DNA from: Desulfurella sp.
GTDB taxonomy: Bacteria; Campylobacterota_A; Desulfurellia; Desulfurellales; Desulfurellaceae
Length of the DNA stretch: 13,671 nt
Direction of reading: 5' to 3'
Assembly: GCA_031960885.1 (NCBI GenBank)
Contig: JAVRLY010000034.1
Span: 1 to 13,671, forward strand
Within the stretch, counting starts at the first letter, position 1. Each line of letters starts with the position of its first letter. The position numbers and the translations under genes are program-made. A model generated the notes under the pieces. That model made no database searches and was not told where the DNA came from. It worked only from the letters and a program-made list of their open reading frames with translations. Shown here piece by piece: positions 1 through 8,115 of this stretch.

Positions 1-674
1 ATTACAATGAAAAAACCGCTTTGGTTTATACAGATATTGATTATATTACAAAAGACGAGCCAACTTGCCAAGAAATTGTAAACTTGTTTAACTATATGAT
101 GGGCTATTCTGATATATTTGAGTGGAAAAGAGTTAGTGTTGCACCAAAAACGCTTAGACAAACGATTGTTGAAATGATTGATAATGAAACAAAAAATGCA
201 CAAAAAGGCAAAAAAGCTTATATTTTAGCAAAATTAAATTCCATATACGATAAGCAAATATCTGATAAACTCTACGAAGCTTCACAATCTGGAGTTAAGA
301 TTGACCTTATAGTTAGAGGATTGTGTTCTATTTTACCAAAAGTAAAACATATGAGCGAAAATATTACGGTTAAAAGCACAATTGGGCGATTCTTAGAACA
401 TGCCCGTATCTTATATTTTTTTGATAATGGCAAAGAAAGGGTTTTTATATCAACTGCAGATTGGATGGTAAGAAATTTTGATAAGCGCATTGAAATCCTA
501 TATGAAGTAAAAGATAAACGTGCAAAAAATTTTTTAAAAACCCTGCTAAAGTTAAATTTAAACGACAGCGCAGCATGGGAGTTAATTAAAGACACATATA
601 TCAAAGATCGCAAAGACTCAAAATTTTTTAATTTTCAAGAATTTTTGCTTAAAAATGCTTCAAAAATATTATAA
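1..674 (+). CDS. ppk1: Polyphosphate kinase 1, C-terminal part (5' end outside window)
   Basis: Frame is open from position 3 (YNEKTALVYTD). PPK1 motifs present: ILAKLNSI, LYEASQSGVKIDLIVRGLC, IGRFLEHARI, STADWMVRNFDKRIE. Stop TAA ends at 674. Confidence 0.95.
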   Translation, partial: YNEKTALVYTDIDYITKDEPTCQEIVNLFNYMMGYSDIFEWKRVSVAPKTLRQTIVEMIDNETKNAQKGKKAYILAKLNSIYDKQISDKLYEASQSGVKIDLIVRGLCSILPKVKHMSENITVKSTIGRFLEHARILYFFDNGKERVFISTADWMVRNFDKRIEILYEVKDKRAKNFLKTLLKLNLNDSAAWELIKDTYIKDRKDSKFFNFQEFLLKNASKIL

Positions 675-675
675 T

Positions 676-1281
676 TTAGAGAATTTTCTTAGGTAATTGC
701 CAATTTTTTGTAAATGCAATAGTGCGCAACAAAAATATCAATGCAGTGCAAATGAACAAGTTTATTGAATTTTGCAATTTTAACAAGTGTAACACATAAA
801 ACAGTGATGTACCTACAATGCAAGCTGATGCATATATCTCTTTTTTTAACACCAGCGGGATTTCTGCTGATAAAACGTCCCTTAGCATGCCGCCTGCTAC
901 TGCTGTTATTGTGCCTAAAATTACTGCTCCAATGAAACTCATATGATATTCAATTGCCTTTGATACACCAATAGCACTAAATACGCCAAGACCTACTGCA
1001 TCAAAATAAAAAAACATACGTTTGTTTTCTATACTTCTTGGTGCAATAAATACAACTATAGATGTTAGTATAGCTATCATTATATCTAAATTGTGAATAA
1101 ACACATACGGTGGCAAGCTATCTAAAATAACATCTCTAATAATACCGCCACCAATTGCCGTTACAAGCCCAAGCACTGCTACGCCGAATAAATCCATTTG
1201 CTTTTTTATGCCAACAAGGGCTCCAGATGCTGCAAATGCCATAGTGCCAATAGCATCAAGTACATTAATCCAGCTAATCAT
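676..1281 (-). CDS. UPF0126 / trimeric intracellular cation channel (YadS/YicG-like) membrane protein
   Basis: Two internal repeats with family motifs (GTMAFAASGA...DLFGVAVLGLVTAIGGGIIRD; DAVGLGVF...TAVAGGMLRDVL...P.VL..EIYA) and about 7 hydrophobic segments. Start taken at ATG 1281; TTG at 1296 is the alternative. Confidence 0.9.
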   Translation of the reverse strand: MISWINVLDAIGTMAFAASGALVGIKKQMDLFGVAVLGLVTAIGGGIIRDVILDSLPPYVFIHNLDIMIAILTSIVVFIAPRSIENKRMFFYFDAVGLGVFSAIGVSKAIEYHMSFIGAVILGTITAVAGGMLRDVLSAEIPLVLKKEIYASACIVGTSLFYVLHLLKLQNSINLFICTALIFLLRTIAFTKNWQLPKKIL

Positions 1282-1321
1282 AAAAGTTTTTAACAATTTT
1301 AAACATAAATTAACATACTTT

Positions 1322-1351
1322 TTGACATTTGATTATATGCCTTTTTATATT
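1322..1351 (+). promoter_or_regulatory. Possible second upstream sigma70 promoter facing rpmH
   Basis: TTGACA (1322-1327), 18-nt spacer, TATATT (1346-1351). The AT-rich background lowers significance. Confidence 0.35.
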
Positions 1352-1431
1352 AAGCAAACCGATTCTTTTGCTTTAACCATCTCCATATGCTAATATCTAA
1401 CATACTGACAGAATTTTGTCAAAACTAATAT

Positions 1432-1460
1432 TTGATATTTATAATTTGATTGTGTATAAT
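1432..1460 (+). promoter_or_regulatory. Sigma70-type promoter for the rpmH operon
   Basis: TTGATA (1432-1437), 17-nt spacer, TATAAT (1455-1460). Shine-Dalgarno AGGAGGT at 1474-1480 precedes ATG 1484. Confidence 0.75.
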
Positions 1461-1483
1461 GGCAAAGGTTTATAGGAGGTTAC

Positions 1484-1618
1484 ATGAAAAGAACATTTCA
1501 ACCACACAACACGCCAAGAAAAAGAACACACGGTTTTAGAATTAGAATGAAAACAAAAAATGGACGAAAAGTACTTTCAAGAAGAAGAGCAAAAGGTAGA
1601 AAAAGATTGGCAATTTAA
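1484..1618 (+). CDS. rpmH: 50S ribosomal protein L34 (not in the ORF track)
   Basis: Manual translation gives [44 protein letters not shown] (44 aa). Strong SD and canonical position before rnpA. Confidence 0.98.
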   Translation: MKRTFQPHNTPRKRTHGFRIRMKTKNGRKVLSRRRAKGRKRLAI

Positions 1619-1971
1619 AATTTGATTTTGAACATATAAAAAAGAAAGAAGAATTTACATATCTTTACCAAGAAGCATATAGGTATGTAAGTGAATTTTT
1701 TGTAGTTTTTTTGAAAAAAGGCAACGATATAAAAAATAAAGTTGCGGTTGTTGCAAGCAAAAAAATTGGCAATGCTGTGCTTAGAAATAAGGCAAAGCGT
1801 CGTATGAGAGAGGTTCTTAGGCTATCAAAAGAATACATAAAGCCAGGGACAATTATAATCATGATTGCAAGAAAACCTGTATTAACAGCAGATTTCAAGT
1901 TGTTAATGAAAACTTTTCGATTGTTGCTTGAAAAATTTTACTTATATGAATACAATAAACAAAATTCTTAG
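1606..1971 (+). CDS. rnpA: Ribonuclease P protein component; start probably non-canonical (ATT at 1606)
   Basis: RNR-type motif [19 protein letters not shown]. The frame is open back to TAG at 1597-1599 and includes the N-terminal helix-like segment [14 protein letters not shown]. Gene identity is secure; the start coordinate is uncertain. Confidence 0.88.
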   Translation: MGNLKFDFEHIKKKEEFTYLYQEAYRYVSEFFVVFLKKGNDIKNKVAVVASKKIGNAVLRNKAKRRMREVLRLSKEYIKPGTIIIMIARKPVLTADFKLLMKTFRLLLEKFYLYEYNKQNS

Positions 1972-2209
1972 CGCTTTTTTTATTAAAGTAATTAGATTTT
2001 ACCAGTTGTTTATATCACCTATTTTCCCAAATAGTTGTCGGTTTTATCCTACATGCTCAAATTACGCTATTGAAGCAGTAAAAAAATTTGGTTTTTTTGA
2101 AGGTTTTATATTATCTATATGGAGAATTTTAAGATGTGCTCCCTGGAGCAAAGGCGGATTTGATCCGCCAAAACCATTATTTAAGAGGAATAAAAATGCA
2201 AGAAAATGA
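1946..2209 (+). CDS. yidD: Membrane protein insertion efficiency factor YidD
   Basis: [28 protein letters not shown]...[15 protein letters not shown] motif; lies between rnpA and yidC. ATG at 1946 chosen as start. Confidence 0.95.
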   Translation: MNTINKILSAFFIKVIRFYQLFISPIFPNSCRFYPTCSNYAIEAVKKFGFFEGFILSIWRILRCAPWSKGGFDPPKPLFKRNKNARK

Positions 2210-3677
2210 AAAAAGAATTTTAATAGCTGTATTATTGACAGTACTCATTATTATGTTTTATGATTATTTTTTTATGCCAAAATCTCAAAATATTCCAACA
2301 AATATTGCAAAACAAACAACTAAAATTGAGCCAAATTTCAAAAATATTGAAAGTGTAAATAATACAAAAAATATGTTTGTAAATATTAACTCTAATGATT
2401 TAGAAGTTAGTATATCAAAGATTGATGGGTCAATTAAAGATCTTTATTTAAAAACCTACAAACAAGATAACAAATATGTTAATTTAGCAAATCCAACCTC
2501 TAAGATTGGTTTATTTTATACTCAGTTTGAAAACCCGTTGTATCAAAAACTAGCTCAAAATGGTGAATATAGTGTTAATGTTAAAAAACAAGGTGACTCT
2601 ACCAACGTTTTGCTAACAAAATATGATGGCGATATTAAAATTGTAAAGCAATATACTTTTAAAAATTATGGGATTACTTTTGAAACTAGAATCTTTAAAA
2701 ATACTCAACCTTTAAATTCTAACTACTTGCTTCTATTGGGTGAAAACTTTGGAAAATCTAGCAAAGACTCTCATGTAGGTGCCGTTGTATTAATAAATGA
2801 CAAAATCAAAACTGATAAAGATATAAACCAAAATGAAAAATTATCGTGGATTGCGCTCGAAGATAAGTATTTTTGTATTGCTTTATACAATAATAATTAC
2901 TTAAATGGTGGTTTTAAAGAAATTAACACTGACAAGTACATTTATGTCAACTTAGATACACAAAATTCAATTGCTGCATATGCTGGACCTAAATCTAGTT
3001 CAATTATATCATCTTACAACACCAAATTAGACAGAATTATTAGATTCGGTACATTTGGGTTTATTGGCAAACCACTACTTTATGTATTAAAATACCTGTA
3101 TTCAATTGTTGGCAATTATGGTTTGGCTATTATTTTATTAACGTTTCTTATAAGATTAATTTTTTATCCGCTTACGTACAAATCATTTAAATCAATGAAA
3201 GAAATGGCGAATCTTCAACCTCAATTAAAAGAATTGCAGCTTAAATACAAAGGTAAACCCGAACTGTTAAATAAAGCTACTATGGAACTATATAAAAAGC
3301 ATAAGGTTAATCCTCTTGGTGGGTGTTTGCCTATTATTATACAAATACCTGTATTTATCGCACTATACAATGTTTTACTTAATGCCATTGAACTCAGAAA
3401 TGCACCGTTTATTTTTTGGATAACAGATCTTTCCGCTAAAGATCCATACTACATAACACCTATTATAATGGGCCTTACCATGTTCATACAACAGAAACTC
3501 TCTCCTTCAACGCTTGACCCTATGCAAGCAAAAATTATGCTATTTTTGCCAATTATATTTACAATCATGTTTATGGGTTTCCCGTCTGGTCTCGTTATAT
3601 ATTGGATTGCAAACAATATCTTTACCATTATACAACAACTTATTGATACAAGATTAATAAAGCTAAAGTCAAAATGA
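2196..3677 (+). CDS. yidC: Membrane protein insertase YidC
   Basis: N-terminal TM segment, periplasmic domain, [45 protein letters not shown] at 2185-2188 before ATG 2196. Confidence 0.97.
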   Translation: MQENEKRILIAVLLTVLIIMFYDYFFMPKSQNIPTNIAKQTTKIEPNFKNIESVNNTKNMFVNINSNDLEVSISKIDGSIKDLYLKTYKQDNKYVNLANPTSKIGLFYTQFENPLYQKLAQNGEYSVNVKKQGDSTNVLLTKYDGDIKIVKQYTFKNYGITFETRIFKNTQPLNSNYLLLLGENFGKSSKDSHVGAVVLINDKIKTDKDINQNEKLSWIALEDKYFCIALYNNNYLNGGFKEINTDKYIYVNLDTQNSIAAYAGPKSSSIISSYNTKLDRIIRFGTFGFIGKPLLYVLKYLYSIVGNYGLAIILLTFLIRLIFYPLTYKSFKSMKEMANLQPQLKELQLKYKGKPELLNKATMELYKKHKVNPLGGCLPIIIQIPVFIALYNVLLNAIELRNAPFIFWITDLSAKDPYYITPIIMGLTMFIQQKLSPSTLDPMQAKIMLFLPIIFTIMFMGFPSGLVIYWIANNIFTIIQQLIDTRLIKLKSK

Positions 3678-5026
3678 TTAATGATGATGATATTATTGCT
3701 GCTATATCAAGTGGTTACGTTGAATCAGCCATTGGCATTATTAGGGTTAGTGGCAAACATTCGTTAGAATTATTGAAAAAGGTGTTTCACTCAAAAAAAT
3801 GTGACTATAAGTCTAATAAAATATACTATGGTTTCTTAAAAGATAGTAGCTCAAAAATCATTGATGAAGTATTGGTTAGTGTTTTTAAAGCGCCACATTC
3901 ATATACCGGTGAAGATTCTTTTGAGATTAACTGTCACGGCGGTTTGCTTATTATGAGAAATGTGCTAGAACTTATATTAGAAAATGGTGCACGTTTAGCA
4001 GAGCCAGGAGAATTTACAAAAAGGGCTTTTTTTAATAACAAGATAGATTTGGTGCAAGCTCATGCAATTGCTAATTTGATTCAGTCAAAAACTCAAAAAG
4101 CGCTTGATATTGCTTTTAATCAGTTACTTAAAAAAAATACTACAATAATTGATAATCTTAGAGAAAAAATTACATTTCTTATGGCTGAAAATGAAGTTAT
4201 CATAGACCATCCAGATGAAAATTTAAGCACCAGCAACCTTAAAGAAAAGCTAATTTTGTTGAGTGAAATTACTCATCTAATTGAAAATTTATTAAATCAT
4301 GCCAAAAAAGGACAATATTTTTTTGAAGGAGCTAATGTTGCTATAATTGGAAAACCCAATGTTGGAAAGTCAAGCTTGCTCAATTTATTAGTAGGCTTCA
4401 ACAGAGCTATTGTTACTGAAATTCCCGGCACCACAACCGATATTGTCTCTGAAGTAATTAATTTGAACGGTATTCCTCTAAAAATTTTAGATACAGCAGG
4501 CATTAGACAACATTCAAACGAAATTGAATTTATAGGCATCCAAAAAACAAAAGAAATGATTGACAATGCAGATTTACTCATAGCCGTATTTGATTCAAGC
4601 AGAAACTTTAGTGATGAAGACAAAGTAATACTTGACATTATAAAATATAAAAAAAATGTTGTTACAGTTTTGAATAAATCAGATTTGCCAAAGAAATTTA
4701 ATTTTACCTTTCTATCAGATCCAATTAACATTTCTTGTGAAAATAAAAAAGGCATTGATGATCTAAAAAATAAACTATACTCTACTTTACTAGAAGATTA
4801 TAGTGAAAGTGAGATTATTTCTCTAAATACTAGTCAGGTTTTAGCTTTAAAATCAGCCTTAAAACAGGCTAAAAGAATTGCAAAATCATACAAAAAATTT
4901 TTAGATCCAGCCCTGATAAGTATTGAGTTGCAACAATTAGCTGATTATATTGAGCAAATAATTGGTAAAATAGAAAATGAAGATATCTTGGACAATGTCT
5001 TTAAAAATTTTTGTGTTGGAAAATAA
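3674..5026 (+). CDS. mnmE: tRNA modification GTPase MnmE (TrmE)
   Basis: IGIIRVSG, PHSYTGED, EPGEFTKRAF, G1 GKPNVGKSS, G3 DTAG, G4 NKSD, C-terminal FCVGK. ATGA overlap with yidC. Confidence 0.97.
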   Translation: MINDDDIIAAISSGYVESAIGIIRVSGKHSLELLKKVFHSKKCDYKSNKIYYGFLKDSSSKIIDEVLVSVFKAPHSYTGEDSFEINCHGGLLIMRNVLELILENGARLAEPGEFTKRAFFNNKIDLVQAHAIANLIQSKTQKALDIAFNQLLKKNTTIIDNLREKITFLMAENEVIIDHPDENLSTSNLKEKLILLSEITHLIENLLNHAKKGQYFFEGANVAIIGKPNVGKSSLLNLLVGFNRAIVTEIPGTTTDIVSEVINLNGIPLKILDTAGIRQHSNEIEFIGIQKTKEMIDNADLLIAVFDSSRNFSDEDKVILDIIKYKKNVVTVLNKSDLPKKFNFTFLSDPINISCENKKGIDDLKNKLYSTLLEDYSESEIISLNTSQVLALKSALKQAKRIAKSYKKFLDPALISIELQQLADYIEQIIGKIENEDILDNVFKNFCVGK

Positions 5027-5029
5027 AAA

Positions 5030-5045
5030 TGTTTCACGTGAAACT
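5030..5045. promoter_or_regulatory. parS centromere-like site (ParB binding)
   Basis: TGTTTCACGTGAAACT matches 15/16 of the consensus TGTTTCACGTGAAACA. Perfect 14-bp palindrome at 5031-5044, in the mnmE-mnmG intergenic gap. Confidence 0.9.
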
Positions 5046-5058
5046 TTAGAGGTAAAAG

Positions 5059-6945
5059 ATGTATATCTATCCAAAAAGATACGATTGTATAGTTATAGGG
5101 GGAGGACACGCTGGTTGCGAAGCTGCTCTGATATGTGCTAGATTAAATCTAAATACATTGCTCATTACAATCTCAGTTGATGCTATTGGAGCCATGAGTT
5201 GTAATCCAGCAATTGGAGGCTTAGCTAAAGGGCACTTAGTTAAAGAAGTGGATATTTTTGGCGGCGAAATGGCTAGAAATATAGATGAAACTGGTTTGCA
5301 ATTTAAAATTTTAAATAGAAGCAAAGGACCAGCTGTGTGGTCATCTAGAGCGCAAGCAGATATGCCAGCGTATAGATTGAGAATGAAACACATGCTTGAA
5401 CATCAAAACCATTTGGAAGTTAAACAGGCAACTGTAGATGAAATTGTAGTTGAAGATGGCAAAATAAAAGGCGTGATAACAAATATTGGCAATGAATTTT
5501 TATGCGATGCACTCATTATTGCAAGCGGTACATTTTTAAAAGGCAAAATATTCATAGGCTTAAAAGAATTCCATGCTGGAAGAGCGTGGGAACCGCCAGC
5601 AGATAAATTATCAGAAAGCTTAGCCAAAGCTGGACTTGTCATAGGTAGACTAAAAACTGGCACAACACCAAGACTAGATGCAAGAACAATCGATTTTGAT
5701 GCACTAGAGCCACAATTGGGCGATGAAAACCCTATAGCTTTTTCATTTAAAACAAAAAATTTTAATCCGCCAAACTATCCATGCTATCTTGCTTATACAA
5801 ACGAGCAAACGCACACAGTCATTCGCTCAAATTTAGATAAATCGCCACTATACAGCGGTATGATACATGGCATAGGCACAAGATACTGCCCTTCCATTGA
5901 AGATAAAGTTGTTAAATTTCCAGATAGAGAAAGGCACCAAATTTTTTTAGAGCCTCAAGATGCAAATTCAAATGAAATTTATGCTGATGGCTTAAATACT
6001 TCGCTTGACTATGAGGTGCAAATAGCATATTTAAGGACTATAAAAGGTTTAGAAAATGTTGAAATTGTAAGGCCTGGATATGCTATAGAATACGATTTTG
6101 TAAACCCAATTCAATTAAAACATACACTGGAAACTAAAAAAGTTAGAGGATTATTTTTAGCTGGACAAATAAATGGAACTAGCGGCTATGAAGAAGCTGC
6201 AGCTCAAGGTATGGTAGCTGGTATTAATGCTGCAATGTATTTAATGGACAAAGAGCCTTTTATTCTTGGAAGGGACGAAGCCTATAGTGGCGTCATGATT
6301 GATGACCTTGTAACACGAGGTGTTAAAGAACCTTACAGAATCTTTACATCAAGAGCCGAGTATAGATTGCTATTAAGGGAAGACAACACCCATTTTCGTT
6401 TAGCAGATAAATCTTACAGGTATGGGCTTATAGACAAAGAACATTACGCTTTAATACAAGAACATATAAAAAAGTTGAATGAAACATTGTCGCATTTCAA
6501 AAACACCTATGTGATGCCAACACCCCAGTTTAATAAAAAACTAGAATCCATAAACACCAAACCAATCAAAACAAAAGTGAGTTTGTCAAAATTACTTGCA
6601 AGGCCAGAAGTTAACTACAAAACACTTCAAATCATACTAAACAATTTACCAGATTTAAATGAAACTGAGATCCAACAATTAGAAATAGAAATCAAATATG
6701 AAGGATATATAAATTTACAAAAACAACAAATAGAAAAATTTAAAAAAATGGAAAATATAATAATTCCTGACAATTTTAACTATGATAATGTTCCCGGCTT
6801 ATCGGCAGAAATTAAAATGCGACTAAAAGAAGTGTTACCAAAAACTTTGGGTCAAGCAATGAGGATACCAGGCATGACACCAGTTGCAATTCAGATAATT
6901 AGTATATTTTTACACAAAAAAAATGTCCAATCGAAACCAGCTTGA
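5059..6945 (+). CDS. mnmG: tRNA uridine-5-carboxymethylaminomethyl(34) synthesis enzyme MnmG (GidA)
   Basis: VIGGGHAGCEAA, MSCNPAIGGLAKG, RLKTGTTPR, RYCPSIEDK, AGQINGTSGYEEAAAQG, EPYRIFTSRAEYRL. GAGGT SD at 5049-5053. Confidence 0.98.
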   Translation: MYIYPKRYDCIVIGGGHAGCEAALICARLNLNTLLITISVDAIGAMSCNPAIGGLAKGHLVKEVDIFGGEMARNIDETGLQFKILNRSKGPAVWSSRAQADMPAYRLRMKHMLEHQNHLEVKQATVDEIVVEDGKIKGVITNIGNEFLCDALIIASGTFLKGKIFIGLKEFHAGRAWEPPADKLSESLAKAGLVIGRLKTGTTPRLDARTIDFDALEPQLGDENPIAFSFKTKNFNPPNYPCYLAYTNEQTHTVIRSNLDKSPLYSGMIHGIGTRYCPSIEDKVVKFPDRERHQIFLEPQDANSNEIYADGLNTSLDYEVQIAYLRTIKGLENVEIVRPGYAIEYDFVNPIQLKHTLETKKVRGLFLAGQINGTSGYEEAAAQGMVAGINAAMYLMDKEPFILGRDEAYSGVMIDDLVTRGVKEPYRIFTSRAEYRLLLREDNTHFRLADKSYRYGLIDKEHYALIQEHIKKLNETLSHFKNTYVMPTPQFNKKLESINTKPIKTKVSLSKLLARPEVNYKTLQIILNNLPDLNETEIQQLEIEIKYEGYINLQKQQIEKFKKMENIIIPDNFNYDNVPGLSAEIKMRLKEVLPKTLGQAMRIPGMTPVAIQIISIFLHKKNVQSKPA

Positions 6946-7522
6946 AAGTTTATTAAAAGATTTAGGTATATCAAATACAGATATTATTGAAAAGATAATT
7001 CTATACATAGAGAATCTAGAAAAATGGAATAAAGCTATCAATCTTACATCTAAAAACTTTTATATTGAAAATCATATTAAAGATAGTTTTATGTTTTTCG
7101 AGCTTTTTAGAGAACCAAAAGGAGCTCTATTAGACATAGGTTCAGGCAATGGCTTTCCTGCAATAATATTAACTATAATATGCAAAAAACTTCATACAAC
7201 CATGATTGACTTAAATTCAAAAAAATGTGCATTTTTAAGAGATACTTCTTTGAAGTTATCTCTTAATGCAACTGTTATAAATGGAAACATATTAAATCTC
7301 GAAAATCAAGAAAAATTTGATTTTATAACAATAAGAGGCTTAAAGCTCGATGAAGTTATAGAAACAAAACTTTCTTTGTTTTTAAAAGAGACAGGTAGTC
7401 TCCTTGCTTGGACATACCCGCCACCTGTTTTGGAAAAATTTAAGCTAATAAAATCAATAAATAGAAAAAACAAGTACTTACACTTATACATTAAAGAACA
7501 GGTGGCGCAACAACCCATATAG
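6923..7522 (+). CDS. rsmG: 16S rRNA m7G527 methyltransferase RsmG (GidB)
   Basis: KWNKAINLTS, HIKDS, SAM motif LDIGSGNGFP, KKCAFL; canonical position after mnmG. Confidence 0.92.
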   Translation: MSNRNQLESLLKDLGISNTDIIEKIILYIENLEKWNKAINLTSKNFYIENHIKDSFMFFELFREPKGALLDIGSGNGFPAIILTIICKKLHTTMIDLNSKKCAFLRDTSLKLSLNATVINGNILNLENQEKFDFITIRGLKLDEVIETKLSLFLKETGSLLAWTYPPPVLEKFKLIKSINRKNKYLHLYIKEQVAQQPI

Positions 7523-8033
7523 TCTCTACATCCACATCGCCTACATTCTTATAATAATGAGGCAAAAGTGATGAAAAATAAAAACTATCGCCTGCTTCTA
7601 AAACAGCAGTTTGACCGCCAATGCGCAATTCTAGCTTACCTTTTAAAATATAGCCAAACTCTTCACCATTGTGCCTGTGTTCACCTTGAGAATCACACCC
7701 TACAGGAACAATTTTATATAAAGGCTCCATCATTTTATTTGAAATCTTTGAAACAAGGAGCTCTGCTTTAATATGGCTACTTGGATATATAATCTGTGTA
7801 CGTTCATTTTTGGTCAAAAAAATCTTATCTTGCTGTTTTTCGTCGCTAAGCAAATCTTTTACTTCAATATCTAAACTCTCTGCTAATTTTTTTAAGATAC
7901 TAATAGAAGGCATTGCCTTACCAGTTTCTATCTGGGATATATATGCATCTGTACATCCAACTTTTTCTGCTAAAGCTTTTAGCGTTAAACCTTTCTTTTT
8001 TCGTTGTGATTTAATCTTCTCTGACATTTCCAT
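7491..8033 (-). CDS. XRE-family HTH transcriptional regulator with C-terminal cupin domain (PuuR-like)
   Basis: HTH_3 segment (RKKKGLTLKALAEKVGCTDAYISQIETGKAMPS) plus cupin (HNGEEFGYILKG...GDSFYFSSLLPHYY). AGGAGGT SD at 8050-8044 before ATG 8033. Confidence 0.92.
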   Translation of the reverse strand: MEMSEKIKSQRKKKGLTLKALAEKVGCTDAYISQIETGKAMPSISILKKLAESLDIEVKDLLSDEKQQDKIFLTKNERTQIIYPSSHIKAELLVSKISNKMMEPLYKIVPVGCDSQGEHRHNGEEFGYILKGKLELRIGGQTAVLEAGDSFYFSSLLPHYYKNVGDVDVETIWVVAPPVL

Positions 8034-8057
8034 GATAACTTTAACCTCCTTCCTAAC

Positions 8058-8093
8058 AAATAGCAAAAGGCATTATACAACCTTTTGCTATTT
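8058..8093. repeat. 13-bp perfect inverted repeat (possible satP terminator and/or operator)
   Basis: AAATAGCAAAAGG (8058-8070), 10-nt loop, CCTTTTGCTATTT (8081-8093). Lies 22 nt downstream of the satP stop. Confidence 0.8.
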
Positions 8094-8100
8094 AAATCAA
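8072..8100 (-). promoter_or_regulatory. Sigma70-type promoter for the XRE-cupin regulator
   Basis: Minus strand: TTGATT (8100-8095), 17-nt spacer, TATAAT (8077-8072). Confidence 0.6.
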
Positions 8101-8115
8101 GTAAAAAATAATTAA

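Noticed and set aside
272..613. Antisense 113-aa ORF within ppk1
   Set aside because: Shadow of a well-conserved gene, with no recognisable motifs.
1345..1386. Tiny minus-strand ORF MEMVKAKESVCLI upstream of the UPF0126 gene
   Set aside because: No properly spaced SD and no leader-peptide character; expected by chance.
1340..1390. Minus-strand GGAGATGG resembling the start of a fluoride riboswitch; GCAAACC resembling c-di-GMP-I
   Set aside because: The complementary CTCC strand and the downstream conserved elements of either aptamer are missing.
1297..1483. oriC in the intergenic region upstream of rpmH
   Set aside because: Only one DnaA-box match, no cluster, and no adjacent dnaA.
1600..1620. 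Programmed -1 frameshift from rpmH into rnpA
   Set aside because: No X XXY YYZ heptamer in the rpmH frame. TTTAAAA is out of register and spans the stop codon.
1208..1898. ORFs 1208-1393 (+) and 1665-1898 (-)
   Set aside because: Antisense to the UPF0126 gene and rnpA respectively, with no supporting features.
3783..3798. parS half-site TGTTTCAC inside mnmE
   Set aside because: The second half does not match, so it is not palindromic.
4297..5663. Antisense ORFs within mnmE and mnmG (4297-4755, 5067-5393, 5403-5663)
   Set aside because: Reverse-frame shadows of conserved genes; no independent evidence.
7306..8115. Short ORFs 7306-7518, 7568-7771 and 7810-8115
   Set aside because: They overlap rsmG or the regulator on the opposite strand and show no family features.
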